This document shows, one piece after another, positions 60,330 to 64,000 of a DNA stretch of 64,000 nt (position 1 is its first letter; every line of letters starts with the position of its first letter). The position numbers and the translations under genes were made by a program. A model generated the notes under the pieces. The model was not told the DNA's origin. It worked only from the letters and a program-made list of their open reading frames with translations, and ran no database searches. The stretch is from Scyliorhinus canicula (lineage: Eukaryota): positions 24,453,856 through 24,517,855 of the forward strand of contig NC_052160.1 in the NCBI RefSeq assembly GCF_902713615.1, in the 5' to 3' direction.

Positions 60330-61262
60330 TTGTTACCTTACAGACAATGCCTCAGACTAAACATGTGGAAATTGTGGAATTCTCTACAACAAAAGGCTGT
60401 GGTTCTCTACCAGCCTCACAAAACCTCCCACTGACCATCAAGATCCACAGTGAGCCCTTGGACAATGTGATCACTTCCCATACCTCAGGAGTCTCCTCTT
60501 GGTGCGAGCAGACATTGACGACGCCAGCATCGACTCCAATATGCCAGCGCAGTCTTTGGGTGCCTGAGGAACAGAGTGTTCAAAGACAGAGACCTCAAAC
60601 CCAGCACCAAGTTCATGGTCTACAGAGCAGCTGTGGTCCCTGACCTCCTGCATGCATCAGAAACATGGACAGTGTATAACAGACACCTCAAATCCCTGGA
60701 GAGATATCACTAATGTTGCCTCCACAAAATCCTGCAAATCCATTGGCAGGATAGGCATACCAGCATGAGCGTCTTCTCTCAGGGCAATATCCCCAGTATC
60801 GAAGCACTGGTCATGCTCGACCAGTTGTGATGGGTGGGCCACATTGCCCGCATCCCTGATACAGGACTCCAGAAACAAGGCTTTATTCCAAGCTCTGCAA
60901 TGGCAAGCGATCACTTGGATGGCAGAGGAAACAAGGACACTCTGAAAGCCTCCCTAAATAAATGCAACATCCCCATCGACATATGGGAATAATTTGCCTT
61001 TGAAAGCACAAACTGGAGAAAAAGTATCACAAGGGCGCCAATCACCTCAAGCTTGGTCGGGTGGAGACACGGCGGCCAAGCATAAACAGTGGAAGGACAG
61101 TGCAGAACCCATCCACCCATCTCATCGACACCACCTACCAAACCTGTGGCAGAGTCTGTGAATCCAGGATTGGACTATTCAACCACTGCAGAACCCACCT
61201 CTCCGTAGTGGAAGTAAGTCATCCTCGATGCCAAGGGACTGCTCAACAAGAAGAAGATGCTG
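60330..61262 (+). mobile_element. RTE-clade LINE 3' fragment
   Basis: FPYL, ETWTVYNRHLKSLERYH, HKILQIHWQD, CGRVCESRIGLFNH remnants; (GAA)n tail. Confidence 0.8.
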
Positions 61263-61367
61263 ACAAACAATGTTCCAGGCACTATCTCCACCATCCCTGG
61301 GTCTGTCCTGCCGCTGGGACAACAGAGGTGGTGTATACAGTCAGGCGGCAGTACTGATACAGTCAGT

Positions 61368-61648
61368 AGGTAGTACTGTTGCTTCACAGTTCTAGGGCCC
61401 CAGGTTCAATTCCTGCTGGGTCACTGCCTGTGCGGAGTCTGCACGTTCTCCCTGTGCCTGCATTAGTTTCCTCCGGGTGCTCCGGTTTCCTCCTACAAGT
61501 CCCGAAAGACATGCTGTTAGGTGAATTGGACATTCTGAATTCACTCTCAGTGTACCCGAACAGGCGCCGGAGTGTGGCGACTGGGGGATTTTCACAGTAA
61601 CTACATTACAAGCCTACTTGCGACACTAATGAAGATTATTATTATTAA
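61368..61648 (+). mobile_element. V-SINE with Rex1-like tail
   Basis: family match. Confidence 0.83.
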
Positions 61649-62892
61649 TTTCATGGTCACACTTATCGATACTAGCTTTTCTTCCAGATTTATTTGTGAA
61701 TTTAAATTCCCCAACTGGAATCCCATGGTGGAATGTGAAATCATGGGCAGTTTCTTGGTTCGGGAGACTAAATTCTCCAGCTGGAGTAGAATTGCTCCGG
61801 GTCTCTGTTGGCACTAGGAGTCGGGCCAGTATACAATTCCCTCTCCTTTGCAAAGCAAATTTATGCATGGTGTGGAGCTAGCAGACAGTCCCTCAGCAGC
61901 TACGTGCTTCCTGTTGTGATAAAGAGGAAGTCAAAGAACTTAGCTGCTTTTGATGTGGTGAGGAGCTGTCAATCATAGCAAGAGTGCTTATAAACATTGT
62001 GGTTAGCATCAAAGCAGGGTAATGGAGGTGCATTCAAGTGTGAAGGGAAAGATCAGTAAACAATTCACTAAATAGCTGCCTCTGGAGTAATAAAACTGTC
62101 AATCACTGACTAATGCAATGTCTTACTATGTGAAATTGAATGGAAGATCTGCATTTCAAAGGCTGTCAAGAGATTTCAAGTCTTCTGAAGTGTATTTGGC
62201 TTTCTAGGAACCGTTGACATTTATGAGAGCAGCTGCTTTGAACACTTCTATCTGAGGCAACAGAAATTAGAAAGGGATATGTGAAAATGTGATAATTTTT
62301 CAACCTACTGCCTAGACTACTCTTTAGCTTTCAGGCAGGGGCCTCTGAAGGGTAGGTGTGACGGAGGGCTCTCTGTTGTGGGGGTCTCTGTTGGAGGTCT
62401 GATTGGGGGGGGGGGGGGGTTTGGGGTCTGATGGCAGAATCTAACGGGGGGTCTGTTATGGATCTCTGTTGGGATGGTCTCTGTTTGGGGATTTGATGGG
62501 GGAGTTGGAAGGACAGGATTTGTATTTTGGGGGGGAGGGAGGCCTTCTGATGGACTTTAGGGGCACCTACGTTACACACTTACCCACTTCACAGGGTCCA
62601 CCGCGCCAGGCCCCACTTATCACTGTGGTAATAGCAATGATGGGCTAGTAGTTCCAAACATTTCTGAACATTTGCTTCACTCATGTGAATGAATGACAAA
62701 CATTTTGAAGGGAACTTCAAGAAACTGGCAGGGACGGACTACTCTCCTGTCATCAGCCTCAGACCAGAGAAGGTGGCTAGCAAGTTGAGTAGCTGATCAT
62801 TCGTTCAAGATCCTGACAGGCTTTCAGTTCAGCTGCCTTCTTGCTGCTATCTGACCCCAACACTGCTCTGAGATTTAACTACAGCACACTGG

Positions 62893-63893
62893 TGTTATGG
62901 GCCAGGGTTTATAGAACACCAAAGTATATCATGGAGTTCACCTAACCCACAACATTTAATAGATTTTGGTTATGAGGAGCACAAGGGCTCACTTTCCAGG
63001 TGTGATGCAACAGAGATCATAAGTATTTTTTAAACAAAACAATGTTTATTCTTATGAACCCAGTTAACAGTTTATAAACACACAGTAAACATCTTATCAA
63101 CTACCAACACTGATACCCCCCCAAGGTACAGTACTCTATAGGTAACCCTTAGTAACTTTCCTAACAACATCCATAAGACCAACACCCTTTTCTCCCACAA
63201 AAAACAATAGGTTTGCATTCCTTACAGAAACAGGTATTACTTTGAAATTATCAAGTGATCTGGAGACATTCTTTAACATGCAGAGAGAGACCAAAATACA
63301 CTGTCTTGGCTTCAAAGCAGCTCCCCAACTGAAAACCGAAAGTAAAACTCATAGCCAAAACCAGCTTCCAGCTCAAAACAAAAGTAAAAAGCAGATCCAC
63401 CCGGTTAGGTGGATTGGCCATGATAAATTTCCCTTAGTAACCAAAAAGGTTAGGAGGGGCTAATGGGTTACGGGGATAGGGTGGAAGTGAGGACTCGATG
63501 GGCCGAATGGCCTCCTTTTGCACTATGTTATGTTTTGTTTGTAAAGAGTTCAACTCCACCAACATACTGACATCACTGCAGCCACTTGAGAAGACAAACA
63601 TTTCTTAAAGTGACATTCCCATGACACCTCTCCCTAAGAAAAAAAAATAAACCATCAACTTAAAGATGGTTTCATTTTTCACCTTTTCACTTTCTTTTGA
63701 ACAACATTGACAGCAAATATACATTTTGGTTTAACAAAACAAAACATGCAAACATTTATAATAACATAGTACATTTTAGTTCTTCTTCCTACAACTGGAA
63801 TCCCTCTTGATTGTCTCTTTGGACAAGGAGGTCTCTGCACGATCCATCCATTTCTCTACGCCTCGGCATTTCTCTTTAAGGTCAGATACTTTC
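62893..63893 (-). mobile_element. LTR retrotransposon 3' LTR (62893-63626) with polypurine tract and adjacent internal sequence
   Basis: termini TGTTATGGG...CCCATGACA (8/9 inverted match); minus-strand GGGAGAGG directly before the LTR; SINE fragment inserted at about 63402-63530. Confidence 0.8.
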
Positions 63894-63894
63894 A

Positions 63895-64000
63895 TGTGCC
63901 GAAGGGCCGGCGTGATCTCGCGCATGCGCAGACCGGCTGGTGTATTTTGGCGCATTCATGGGAGGTTCTCTTCTCCGCGTCGGCCATGGCGGAGCTCTAC
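63895..64000. mobile_element. Partial GC-rich MITE-like sequence
   Basis: CGCGCATGCGCA and CpG-rich content like 45934-46528; runs off the window. Confidence 0.5.

Noticed and set aside
62127-62251. Minus-strand segment with good acceptor and GTAAGA donor as a further RSPH10B exon
   Set aside because: Stops in all three frames; at most a non-coding or poison exon, with no support

Overview
Vertebrate genomic DNA, most likely a cartilaginous fish (inferred from HE1/V-SINE-like, DeuSINE-like, CR1, Rex1-Babar, fish-type L1 and Penelope-like repeats). The + strand carries 13 coding exons of CCZ1 (vacuolar fusion protein, MON1-CCZ1 Rab7 GEF subunit; 159-37518). All are GT-AG, phase-consistent, and end in ...QFNNIFFLD*; the first exons lie upstream of the window. 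The - strand carries the last two, probably three, exons of RSPH10B (45675-59781), converging on CCZ1 as in mammals. The rest is densely packed with retroelements and DNA transposons. Most notable observations: (1) small elements with ~80-bp inverted termini that each carry a minimal hammerhead ribozyme, plus two further Penelope-type hammerhead families, all decayed; (2) a modular SINE set in which shared tRNA-derived heads are joined to CR1-type, Rex1-type (with a compensated 3' hairpin) or L1-type tails; (3) a 29-copy 14-bp minisatellite built from the branch-point region of CCZ1 exon 4; (4) a solo LTR with a CTCF-like site and poly(A) signal just after CCZ1 exon 12; (5) a C2H2 zinc-finger pseudogene with an apparently preserved CpG-rich promoter inside an RSPH10B intron. 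Gene and repeat family names come from recognising motifs by eye, not from database searches. Repeat boundaries without stated TSDs are approximate.
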